A DNA stretch of 64,000 bases from Eledone cirrhosa (lineage: Eukaryota), in NCBI GenBank assembly GCA_964016885.1, contig OZ024740.1:407092001-407156000 (forward strand), in the 5' to 3' direction. Under the pieces are notes generated by a model, which saw nothing but the letters and a program-made list of their open reading frames with translations, was not told the DNA's origin and did no database searches. This document shows, piece after piece, positions 54,701-60,789 of this stretch (the first letter of the stretch is position 1; the number at the start of each line of letters is the position of its first letter). The position numbers were made by a program, and so were the translations under genes.

Positions 54701-54914
54701 TAAAACCCAAGTCTTTGAAAGTATCAATGACTGTATATTTTGGTGTAGTCAAGGCAAAGATAAAGCTTTAAATAAAGCTCCTCCCATCAAGCCATCAATG
54801 CCATCAATATTGAATGAAGCTGATCATGTCCAAATCTTAGTAACTGGTAGTCTTTATTTAGTAGGAGGTGTTCTTACAATATTTAAAGACTCCAAGCCAC
54901 AATTTCAGACATAA
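5139..54914 (+). CDS. FPGS: folylpolyglutamate synthase, spliced CDS: join(5139-5396,23392-23493,26278-26396,31543-31648,31785-32024,34421-34498,36968-37112,38774-38866,41550-41647,43981-44033,44519-44600,48206-48269,54532-54914), 606 aa
   Basis: All introns are GT-AG with compatible phases. Motifs occur in the expected order: KTYE|DAIKALN, P-loop [88 protein letters not shown]. Confidence 0.96.
6530..6760 (+). mobile_element. tRNA-derived SINE family B (CORE-like), diverged
   Basis: Head GTGGTTAAGTGATTAGG...GATCGATTC followed by TGTTGTGTCCTT; similar to the copy at 53728. Confidence 0.6.
7400..8370 (-). mobile_element. CRE-clade-like (restriction-like endonuclease) non-LTR retrotransposon, 3' relic
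   Basis: Minus-strand translation [36 protein letters not shown] / [18 protein letters not shown] / [30 protein letters not shown]. Contains a stop, frameshifts and an internal deletion; AT-rich 3' UTR. Confidence 0.8.
8639..8937. mobile_element. hAT-type MITE
   Basis: TIRs CAGGGGCCTCGT / ACAAGGCCCTTG; 8-bp TSD GCTATGAC at 8631-8638 and 8938-8945. Confidence 0.88.
8953..9066. mobile_element. hAT-type MITE, second family
   Basis: TIRs TAGTGCCGGATTT / AAATCTGGCACTA; 8-bp TSD CCAAAGGG at 8945-8952 and 9067-9074. Confidence 0.88.
10146..10331. repeat. 31-bp minisatellite, 6 copies
   Basis: Unit GAAGAGAATTCCATAGGTGAGATGT(G/A)CAAGG at 10146, 10177, 10208, 10239, 10270 and 10301. Confidence 0.95.
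10421..10649. mobile_element. TTAA-flanked piggyBac-like MITE
   Basis: TTAA-CCCTTTAGCATTTA...TAAATGCGAAAGGG-TTAA; same family as the copies at 15969, 21548, 32126, 43054 and 51193. Confidence 0.88.
10789..12850 (-). mobile_element. hAT (Charlie/Buster-like) transposon relic with disrupted transposase C-terminus at 12029-12732
   Basis: Frameshifted ORFs with [42 protein letters not shown] (hAT dimerisation region). TIR-like CAAAGGTTCTCAAC at 10789 follows target-like ATCTAGAC. The other end was not found. Confidence 0.82.
10938..11587 (-). mobile_element. RTE LINE 3' end nested in the hAT relic, with a 112-bp internal tandem duplication
   Basis: (CAT)n tail and GGATGCCCTTCCTAAC motif; near-identical to 51723-52355. 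Unit 11041-11152 is repeated from 11153. Confidence 0.88.
13130..13310 (+). mobile_element. LINE 3' fragment related to the element at 33466
   Basis: [40 protein letters not shown]. Confidence 0.7.
13517..13730 (+). mobile_element. SINE family A, full-length diverged copy
   Basis: A-box-like TGGTGGAATCG, B-box GAGTTCAAATTC. 18-bp TSD ATTATAACTGGTGAAAAT at 13499-13516 and 13731-13748. Confidence 0.88.
14196..14266 (+). ncRNA. type I hammerhead ribozyme motif (intron 1)
   Basis: Stem I TATTTTAT/ATAAAATA; CTGATGA 14204-14210; 16-bp stem II with one mismatch; GAAA 14247-14250; T-GCCC-A minimal stem III; AUA triplet. Confidence 0.82.
15110..15640 (-). mobile_element. old CR1-like LINE fragment
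   Basis: Minus-strand translation [23 protein letters not shown] (CR1-group YK..RP..EY...W motif); boundaries approximate. Confidence 0.6.
15693..15881. mobile_element. Tc1/mariner-type MITE
   Basis: ~30-bp TIRs GAGAGTCAGCGGAAAAGTTCATAG / CTATGAACTTTTCAGCTGACCCTTG with TA on both flanks; second copy at 26993-27197. Confidence 0.85.
15969..16172. mobile_element. TTAA-flanked piggyBac-like MITE
   Basis: TTAACCCTTTAGCATTTA...TAAATGCTAAAGAGTTAA. Confidence 0.88.
16205..16280. repeat. perfect 37-bp inverted repeat with 2-nt spacer
   Basis: TTCTTAACTTTTTTCCTATAAACATTCATCCCAACAT-CT-ATGTTGGGATGAATGTTTATAGGAAAAAAGTTAAGAA. Confidence 0.95.
16925..18345 (-). mobile_element. degenerate RTE-like LINE (RT and 3' region)
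   Basis: [28 protein letters not shown]; minus-strand [10 protein letters not shown]-like motif near 17900-17930; many disruptions. Confidence 0.8.
18945..19845 (-). mobile_element. RTE LINE 3' fragment
   Basis: [30 protein letters not shown] and [11 protein letters not shown]; homologous to the 60799 element. Confidence 0.9.
20211..20258 (+). ncRNA. decayed hammerhead ribozyme motif (intron 1)
   Basis: CTGATGA 20217-20223, stem II GGAGAC-AGAA-GTTTCT, GAAA 20240-20243, then TGCAGTA. Stem I no longer pairs. Confidence 0.5.
20930..21253 (+). mobile_element. CR1-like LINE 3' end
   Basis: Matches 46795-47063, including GTTGTAGTGCACCTGAGCACTG and the (ATT)n tail. Confidence 0.9.
21660..23085 (-). 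mobile_element. two head-to-tail non-autonomous Helitrons nested in a TTAA MITE (MITE halves 21548-21659 and 23086-23157)
   Basis: 3' CTAG at 21660 with hairpin CCCGGCGTTGCACGGG; second 3' end (CCAG plus CCTGGCGTTGCTTGGG) at 22177; 5' TC end at ~23081-23085; no TSD. Confidence 0.82.
23392..23493 (+). CDS. FPGS: FPGS exon 2
   Basis: tttgcag|[13 protein letters not shown]...DIHLT|gtgagt. Confidence 0.92.
23935..25532 (+). mobile_element. RTE LINE 5' part (APE endonuclease to RT start), degenerate
   Basis: [34 protein letters not shown]; LAGDFN; SQIDYLL; multiple stops. Confidence 0.92.
25660..25730 (+). ncRNA. type I hammerhead ribozyme motif (intron 2) in a Penelope-like terminal fragment (~25535-25920)
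   Basis: Stem I TGCAA..ACAC/GTGTTTGCA; CTGATGA 25672-25678; stem II GCCAGG/CCTGGC; GAAA 25710-25713; T-GTAT-A; AUA triplet. Confidence 0.7.
25934..26261. repeat. compound TA/TG/CA microsatellite ending 16 nt before exon 3
   Basis: Read directly from the sequence. Confidence 0.95.
26278..26396 (+). CDS. FPGS: FPGS exon 3 (P-loop)
   Basis: ttctag|[40 protein letters not shown]|gtaaga. Confidence 0.97.
26993..27197. mobile_element. Tc1/mariner-type MITE, inverted relative to the 15693 copy
   Basis: Same TIRs; interior is the reverse complement. Confidence 0.85.
27278..27450 (-). mobile_element. SINE family A
   Basis: Reverse complement of the tail, core and B box. Confidence 0.88.
27622..28762 (-). 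mobile_element. non-autonomous Helitron
   Basis: a|CTAG at 27622 with hairpin ACCCAGCTTTGCCAGGGT; interior shared with the 22177 and 56639 copies; 5' end TATAGTATAGA|t. Confidence 0.8.
30058..30748 (+). mobile_element. CR1-like LINE 3' fragment with a SINE A inserted at ~30497-30668
   Basis: Matches 46558-47050; the SINE interrupts the 3' UTR. Confidence 0.92.
30919..31104 (+). mobile_element. SINE family A, full length
   Basis: TGGCAGTATCGGTAGAG head and GAGTTCAAATCC. 18-bp TSD ATTATTTACTCAGTAGAT at 30901-30918 and 31105-31122. Confidence 0.92.
31543..31648 (+). CDS. FPGS: FPGS exon 4
   Basis: ttcag|(S)[35 protein letters not shown]|gtaagg. Confidence 0.96.
31785..32024 (+). CDS. FPGS: FPGS exon 5
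   Basis: tttag|[18 protein letters not shown]...KAGIFK|gtatgt. Confidence 0.97.
32126..32341. mobile_element. TTAA-flanked piggyBac-like MITE
   Basis: Family termini and interior. Confidence 0.87.
32570..32659 (+). mobile_element. SINE family A, 5'-truncated
   Basis: 16-bp TSD ATTATACAGTAAAAAT at 32554-32569 and 32660-32675. Confidence 0.9.
33466..34279. mobile_element. 5'-inverted LINE (RTE-related): RT segment on the - strand, 3' segment on the + strand
   Basis: Minus: [36 protein letters not shown]. Plus: [24 protein letters not shown] then (TGA)n. TSD CTTGTTGT at 33458-33465 and 34280-34287. Confidence 0.88.
34421..34498 (+). CDS. FPGS: FPGS exon 6
   Basis: tatag|[26 protein letters not shown]|gtaagt. 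Confidence 0.92.
35163..35333 (-). mobile_element. SINE family A
   Basis: Near full-length reverse-complement copy. Confidence 0.9.
36968..37112 (+). CDS. FPGS: FPGS exon 7
   Basis: tttcag|CKLYLSPP...[19 protein letters not shown]|gttagt. Confidence 0.9.
37979..38099 (-). mobile_element. SINE family A, truncated
   Basis: Reverse complement from tail to B box. Confidence 0.85.
38774..38866 (+). CDS. FPGS: FPGS exon 8
   Basis: aatag|(D)KISKVSEF...[11 protein letters not shown](G)|gtaatc; phase 1-1; poorly conserved linker region. Confidence 0.82.
39901..41480. repeat. 19-bp minisatellite, roughly 83 copies
   Basis: Unit CACATCTC(A/T)CT(A/G)CTGTC(C/T)T; copy number estimated as length/19. 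Confidence 0.97.
41550..41647 (+). CDS. FPGS: FPGS exon 9
   Basis: cccag|(G)[32 protein letters not shown]|gtttgt. Confidence 0.95.
43054..43265. mobile_element. TTAA-type MITE inserted in a degenerate minus-strand RTE fragment (~42300-43560)
   Basis: Family termini; flanks resemble the reverse complement of the RTE ORF. Confidence 0.8.
43981..44033 (+). CDS. FPGS: FPGS exon 10
   Basis: tttcag|[17 protein letters not shown](S)|gtaagt. Confidence 0.9.
44159..44339 (-). mobile_element. SINE family A, full length (older related copies at ~44745-44925 and ~44955-45110)
   Basis: Reverse complement from tail to head. Confidence 0.88.
44519..44600 (+). CDS. FPGS: FPGS exon 11
   Basis: tttcag|[27 protein letters not shown]|gtaagt. 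Confidence 0.93.
45395..47063 (+). mobile_element. CR1-clade LINE, 5'-truncated, RT domain open
   Basis: [34 protein letters not shown] at 46136-46147, VRPHLEF. TAG at 46856 where sister copies have TGG. (ATT)n tail. Confidence 0.95.
48206..48269 (+). CDS. FPGS: FPGS exon 12
   Basis: tttcag|[21 protein letters not shown]|gtatgc. Confidence 0.93.
49180..49351 (-). mobile_element. SINE family A, full length
   Basis: Reverse complement from tail to head. Confidence 0.88.
50830..51070 (-). mobile_element. SINE family B
   Basis: Reverse complement of the tRNA-like head and GTGTTGTGGTCTTGAGCAAAACATTTCA core. Confidence 0.75.
51193..51408. mobile_element. TTAA-flanked piggyBac-like MITE
   Basis: TTAACCTTTTAGCATT...AAATGCTAAAGGGTTAA. 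Confidence 0.87.
51723..52355 (-). mobile_element. RTE LINE 3' end
   Basis: (CAT)n tail; [22 protein letters not shown]. Confidence 0.92.
52789..52912 (+). ncRNA. type I hammerhead ribozyme motif with extended stem II (intron 12), inside a TA-flanked Penelope-like insert (~52365-53095)
   Basis: Stem I TCCA/TGGA; CTGATGA 52793-52799; stem II GTTTATAAGA/TCTTATAAC; GAAA 52897-52900; C-GGCC-G; GUC triplet, predicted cut after 52908. Confidence 0.85.
53180..53441. repeat. ~65-bp inverted repeat pair (MITE-like)
   Basis: TATTGCCAGAAATAATAAAACACACTCACTGTTTGGTTTGGGTTGGTTTTCGCT ending at 53246, and its reverse complement from 53373. Confidence 0.88.
53728..53885 (+). mobile_element. SINE family B (tRNA head, CORE-like body)
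   Basis: A box TGGCTTAGTGG, B box GAGTTCAATTC, body CCTTGAGCAAGACACTT...CTCAGCTGTAGAAATG. Confidence 0.82.
54532..54914 (+). CDS. FPGS: FPGS exon 13 (terminal)
   Basis: cttcag|(D)QLKLAVT...[29 protein letters not shown]. Confidence 0.95.
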
Positions 54915-55023
54915 ATTTTGTTTCCACCAATCTTCTCATACCAAACAGCATGCTTTATTTATTTCTCTTGAAGAACTTTCCATGAGCTTTTTTAAGGAAA
55001 CTGAAGCAGTTTGTGAATATTGA

Positions 55024-55170
55024 AATAAAGTGTGTTGAATATTATATATGGTCTATGGGAAAGTGATTCTACAGTCAACTGATGTGATACAATATTTATA
55101 AATGATAGAGTACATGTAGAATAGATGTGCTTACTTAACATAAGGTACATTTAAAGGCACATCAAATAAA
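55024..55170 (+). terminator. candidate polyadenylation signals
   Basis: AATAAA at 55024 and 55165, downstream of the stop codon. Confidence 0.5.
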
Positions 55171-55612
55171 ATGTGAAATTTTAAAATATATTGACTATAT
55201 TTATGAATGTTGCAGAACGTATGAATATGTAGTTGACACACGCACACGCACACATACACACATACACACGCACACGCACACATACACACGAAAAAGAAGT
55301 TAGAAATGCTATTTAAGGTTTATTTACTATAATTTATAACTTTACCGGTTTCACAAATTTCATGTCTTTCAAAGGTTAAGAGAGGTGGAGAAACTATAAA
55401 CATTCTCTTTCTATCACGCTTTCTTGTTTTTTATCTCCTCTCTGGAGTACACATACACACACATATATATATACACACACACACATATACATATGAAACT
55501 TGTGAAACAGCTAAAGTTATAAATTATTGTAAATAAACCTTCTTAAACACTGCAATAGCTTTTTCAATTTCTTTTTCCTATATTTTTACCCATGTGGGAT
55601 ATATAAAAAATG

Positions 55613-55684
55613 TATTCTGTCTGATGAACGATCTAGACATATATTAATATCATCTAGAGTCCTGAAACCTTTGGTAATGGAGTA
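55613..55684 (+). ncRNA. type I hammerhead ribozyme motif downstream of the FPGS stop
   Basis: Stem I TATTCTGT/ATGGAGTA (3 GU pairs); CTGATGA 55621-55627; stem II TCTAGA/TCTAGA with imperfect base; GAAA 55664-55667; CC-TTT-GG; GUA triplet. Confidence 0.72.
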
Positions 55685-55789
55685 GTTATATTTTGTGTTG
55701 TTCACTTTCTAATTAAATAGCTCTATTCTATACATAGAGCATTCTTTTTTCCTTTGCTTTTTCTTCGGAAATACCTAACATATTTATAT

Positions 55790-56622
55790 ATAAGGTGATG
55801 CTCTAGAAAGGAGCAACCGCAGAGGAATAAGACTAATGGAAAAATTATGAAAGTGACAGAAAGTGTTATAGCACAGCTAATTAGGGAAAGAGTCAATTAG
55901 ACGAGATGCAGTTTGGTTTCAATGGAAAAGTACTACAGATACCCTCTTCTCAGAGAGTCAACTACAAGAGAAGTTTCTTGCCAAGAATAAACCACTATAT
56001 TTAGCTTTTGTTGATCTAGAAAAGGCCTTTGACAGAGTACCTCAATCTATTATTTGGGGTCCTTAAAGAAATTAAGTGTAGGAAAATGACTTGAGAGCAG
56101 TAAAGTGAGTTTAGTGAGGAATTCAATGTATTGGTAGGAGTTCATCAAGGGTGTTCCGAGAGCATGATAGCTAGAATAAGATGGAAGAGATTTAAAGAGC
56201 TAGGCCACTGTTGACAATAAAAGGTTTCTACCTACACACAAAAGGATGACTGTATAACGTCTACATGCGAAGTGTGATGCTGCATGGTAGTGAGACATGG
56301 GCTGTGACTGCAGAAGACCTTTGTAGACGGGAGAGAAATGAAGCATCCAGTGTGAAAGAAAGGTAAAGCTTCGATGAACTGAGGAAGAAGCTGGGTTTAA
56401 GAACAATCCAAGGTGGTGTGCAGGAGAGAAGATTGCGTTGGTACGGACATGTGATAGACATGGATGATGATCGAAGGCTGAAGAAGTGCCAGTGGAAGGA
56501 AGCCACAGTAGAGGTGGTGAGAAATGAAGAAATGCAGCGAGTGGGGAGATGCTGTGCTGAAAAGCCCCCATCCAATCCATGTAAGTGTGGAAAAATGGAT
56601 GTAAAACCGATGATGAGGATGA
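55790..56622 (+). mobile_element. RTE LINE fragment with internal deletions
   Basis: YLAFVDLEKAFDRVP; [11 protein letters not shown]; (GAT)n tail. Confidence 0.88.
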
Positions 56623-56638
56623 TAGATTTATATATATA

Positions 56639-57228
56639 CTAGCAGAATGGCCTGGCGTTGCTCGGGATTTCCTCAAGGGTTCTTATATATTTGATATATA
56701 TTTATCCTTCTTGAGCCTCTTGAAGTAAATACGTTTGTTTGTATTTTGTTATTGTGTATGCAAAAATATCTGTACACGAATATATAAATAACTGTTTCTA
56801 CTTTTTGGCACAAGGCCAGCAATTACCCAGTGCATTACTGGTACTTTATTTTATCGACCCCGTAAGGATGAAAGGCAAAGTCAACCTCAGCGGGATTTGA
56901 ACTCAATATAAATAACAGTACAGAGAAGTACAGAATACCTCGGCCTCGGGTTGGTGTCTACATTTTGTGCTTATAAAAAAAATTTGTCGTACATTACCAG
57001 GTTTTTTTCCATTCAAAGAAAATCAATACTTTATCGCGAAATAAATACTTTTGTTTATATGTGTATGTAAAAATATCTGTACACGAATATATAATTATAT
57101 ATATATATTAAAATAACAGATTCATGTTTAAGCAAAGAATCGCTGCTTTCACTCTTAATAGGATCTTCTGAAACTAAAATAATAAATCTGTGAATACAGA
57201 AGTAAATATTTCGAAAAACGTTACACAC

Positions 57229-57259
<31 letters not shown>

Positions 57260-57558
57260 TATATATACATACACACACACACCGCGTCATAGTGACGTAA
57301 TGCAGACAGATATTATAAGGGCGCGACGTTGTAGCTATGTATCTATCTAAAAAGAGAAAGACTAAGAATTATAGAGAGAGATCGCTAAATCGCCTAATGC
57401 GGTCCCTAGGGCATTGAAAATTTGAAATTTCTTTTGTTCAAAACACTCATGGGACTATAAGTATTACATGTGTAAAGTTTGAAAAAACTCGGTTGGGTGG
57501 TTCTCGAGTTTTAGTGATTGGACAGACAAACAGCCATTCTCTGTTTTAGTAATATAGA
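56639..57558 (-). mobile_element. non-autonomous Helitron with nested SINE A (~56793-56906)
   Basis: a|CTAG with hairpin CCTGGCGTTGCTCGGG; interior shared with 22177-23085; 5' end AATATAGA|t. Confidence 0.85.
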
Positions 57559-57616
57559 TATGTAAAATACACACACACACACACATATATATATATAATA
57601 TTTCCTTTGTTAACAC

Positions 57617-57812
57617 TTTGAATCTACCCGCCAAAAACCGGGATTTGCTTCCCTTGTTGGAAATAACACGTGATAACTAAGTGTACGATGGCTGGCTTAT
57701 AGCAGCAGCATTTAGCTCGTCCACTCCGATTTTTGGCAGAACGGAATCCCTGTTGATGAAATGAATCCTCTGTTCGATCATGGAATACCACGAGCGTGCC
57801 TGTTACGTAAGT
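57617..57812 (+). promoter_or_regulatory. candidate promoter and first exon of a downstream gene
   Basis: Locally CpG-rich unique sequence; TTTGAA-TCTA-CCCGCCAAAA; CACGTG at 57667; donor GTAAGT at 57807. Confidence 0.4.
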
Positions 57813-58105
57813 TGGATATTTGATTTCGGATTCATAGAAAAACTTTAAACGTATATCATTTGTGTATCTTTTTAACCTGTTAGTTTTTTCGTTACTTTGG
57901 TATTGCGCGTTGGGTTTTGCCTACCACAATGTTCAATTTGTCAAGCTATTTAAACATATGTTATTACTCTAAGGACCTACCCTTATTGAGTGCTTTGCTA
58001 ACTCATTCATATTGTAGGTTGACTTTGCTAGCCCACAGCCAAAGCTTCGATTTACTAAGCTTCCACTTGTATATATATATATATATATTATTATTAGCAC
58101 AGATT

Positions 58106-58208
58106 TCCTGCCGAGGTTAACTTTGCCTTTCATCCTTACGGGGTCGATAAAATAAAGTACCAGTAATGTACTGGGTAATTGCTGGCCTTGTGCCAAAAAG
58201 TAGAAACA
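58106..58208 (+). mobile_element. SINE family A, 5'-truncated
   Basis: 16-bp TSD ATTATTAGCACAGATT at 58090-58105 and 58209-58224. Confidence 0.9.
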
Positions 58209-58469
58209 ATTATTAGCACAGATTAAAAGATTGATATTTCTGAGAAATATCAATCTGTTGATGCAGATGTAAATATTGCGAGCACATATTGCCTCTAATA
58301 AATAGAGATAAAGATAACACTTGAAAATATTCACGTGAGATAAAGTGAAAATGTATGCACAGAAAATAAGAGTATGAGGAACCCATGATCACAGTTCTGA
58401 AATTATGGAATTTATTGATGATGATGATACATATATACATATAAGGCCATGAACCAATGAAAACACTCA

Positions 58470-58830
58470 CATATTATTATTATTATTGTTTTATTTCACT
58501 TTTCAATAAGAAACATCATGAGACATCAGTGTTAAGAAATGATATACCATTTAGTTGTAGAATAATCCACAAGTTTCAGTTTACAACCTGTCAATGTGTA
58601 TAAATATTCCTACATAGAGAGAAACTTGGACTATATAATTATTTGCATCCTTGAATATCATTCCTAATACACCAATGATTACAGGTAAGGTACTTATTTT
58701 GAGATGCCTTATTCTTCTAATTTCTATTCCAATGTCCTTGTATTTACTGAATTCCTCAAATGTTTTTAGAGAGGCATTTTTGTCAGTTGGGGCTGCAACA
58801 TCTGTAAGTAAAGTATTATCATTATACGTG
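58470..58830 (-). mobile_element. R4/Dong-like LINE 3' fragment (restriction-like endonuclease)
   Basis: Minus-strand translation DVAAPTDKNASLKTFEEFSKYKDIGIEIRRIRHLKISTLPVIIGVLGMI; (TAA)n tail at ~58470-58486. Confidence 0.75.
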
Positions 58831-59810
58831 CTGTCATCTGGTGTGTTTTATAAAAGATGGGTGGGAGTGGCAAGATTCATGAGGCTGAAAGAGTCTGCTC
58901 TGACCATGTTTTTCTAAGCAGGCAGAAAGAAATTAAGAAAGAGCACTTTTAATGTCCGTAAGGTGATACAGTTATCTGGGATTTTGTGTAGTGTTCTGCC
59001 AAGAACTACTCTAAAGTGCAGCCCCCTCCCTACCATTGGGGAACTAGTTTTAGTTGAAAGTCATTATAATGTTCTATTTTTATCGTTAATATTTTAAAAT
59101 TTATATTATTGTTATAACTAGTTTTTATTTCAGTGATGTCCCCTTTACTTTACTCAATGTAAAGTCCACTGTTGTTTTGTTTTGTCCTCAATGTCTTAGG
59201 ACTTTGTGACCAAATATAATGAAATCATTATTATTTAGAATGGCAGTATCAGTAGAGCATCAGATGACGTGTTATGAATTCTGCCGAGGTTAGCTTTACC
59301 TTTCATCCTTATGGGGTTGATAAAAGAAACACACTGGGGTCGATTTTCTCGACTTTCCTTTTCCATTCAAACTGCAGGCCTTGTCCCAAATGTAGAAACG
59401 ATTATTAAGATGGTGAATCGGTAGCATTCATGTGTGTGTTGTGAGCAAACAAATTTTGACAGAAAAAAAACAACCGAAGAACACACTCTTCATAGAAGGA
59501 AAACAGCTATATTTTTAAATTTTAGATTGTGATTTTCACAACAAAGATTGAATAAATCTTGAAAAGGTTTGAAACCTTTTTTTAAAACAAGCATTTTTAT
59601 AGTGAACATTATTATTAATACATCAATGATTTTCAGCAAGGAGAATGGAATCTATTATAGTAATGACTAGGGAAAGTACTCAAAGATAAAGAGTAGAAAT
59701 CACCACTTCAGGAAATCAGAAAAAAATTATTGAAGTGGTATGTATGGTCCACTTCTCTATATGGAGCTGACACGTGAACATTAACAAAAGTATCAAATCT
59801 TAACATCCCA

Positions 59811-60108
59811 TCTATATATATAAAACTGAGGATGTCTGTGTGTGTGTGTGAGTTTGAATCCCTAAAACTCGAGAAGTACCCAACCGACTGTTTTCAAACT
59901 TTACACACTTATGTTTCAGGGAGTGTTCTGAGCAAAAATAATTTTGAATTTTCAATGCCCTAGGAACCGCATTAGGCAATTTAGTGATCTCTCTCTATAA
60001 TTCTTAGTCTTTCTCTTTTTAGATAGATACATACATATAAAGTCACGCCCTTATAATATCTGTCTGTATGTCTGGCTGTCTGCATAACGTCACTTCCCTG
60101 AGGATGTC

Positions 60109-60140
<32 letters not shown>

Positions 60141-60440
60141 AGTTTGAATCCCTAAAACTCGAGAAGTACCCAACCGATTTTTTTCAAACTTTACATGTGT
60201 ATTACTTAGGTTCAACTTTTTGAACTCCTAGGGCCCGCATTAGGTGAAAAACTGCGTTTTTTAAGCTTTTTAGGGATTTTTTGAGGCGTTATGTCAGACC
60301 GATTTCCTTGAAATTGTAACTATGTATTAGTCAGTCTTTTCTTCATACCGTGAACAAAGAAAATCCAACTTTTTTATGGCCTAGGGCCCGCATTAGGTGA
60401 AAAACTTCATTTTTTCAGTTTTTTCAGTTTTTCACAATTC
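59811..60440 (+). mobile_element. Helitron 5' portion with internal duplication
   Basis: a|TCTATATATATAAAAC 5' end; reverse complement of the 23085 and 57558 ends; CTGAGGATGTCTG block repeated at ~59826 and ~60098; no CTAG end seen. Confidence 0.75.
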
Positions 60441-60789
60441 TGTCCAATAGTAAAGTTACTATAAACATTTGAATTAACAAACATGTTTTGAAATATTTTC
60501 TGTTAAATCATAAGATGTTAAGAATCAACAAATAGATTAGAAGCATTTGAGATGTGAGTTCATAGATGTCTTCTGAGAATATGATGGACAGAACATAAAA
60601 CCAATGATGGAGAGTAAGAACGACAAAAGCTCAGAAAATTTCATGGGAAATTATCAAAGAAGGAAAACTAATATATATTGGGCACTTAATTAGAAAAAGA
60701 AGGATTAGAGAGATTGTTAATAGAAGGCAAAATGAATGGGGAAAGAGGAAGAGGATTCTATTTGATACACCCTGTATACATACCTGAAA

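Noticed and set aside
59120-59165. Acceptor tttcag at 59132 as exon 2 of the putative downstream gene
   Set aside because: Stops appear quickly in both candidate phases and no good donor follows.
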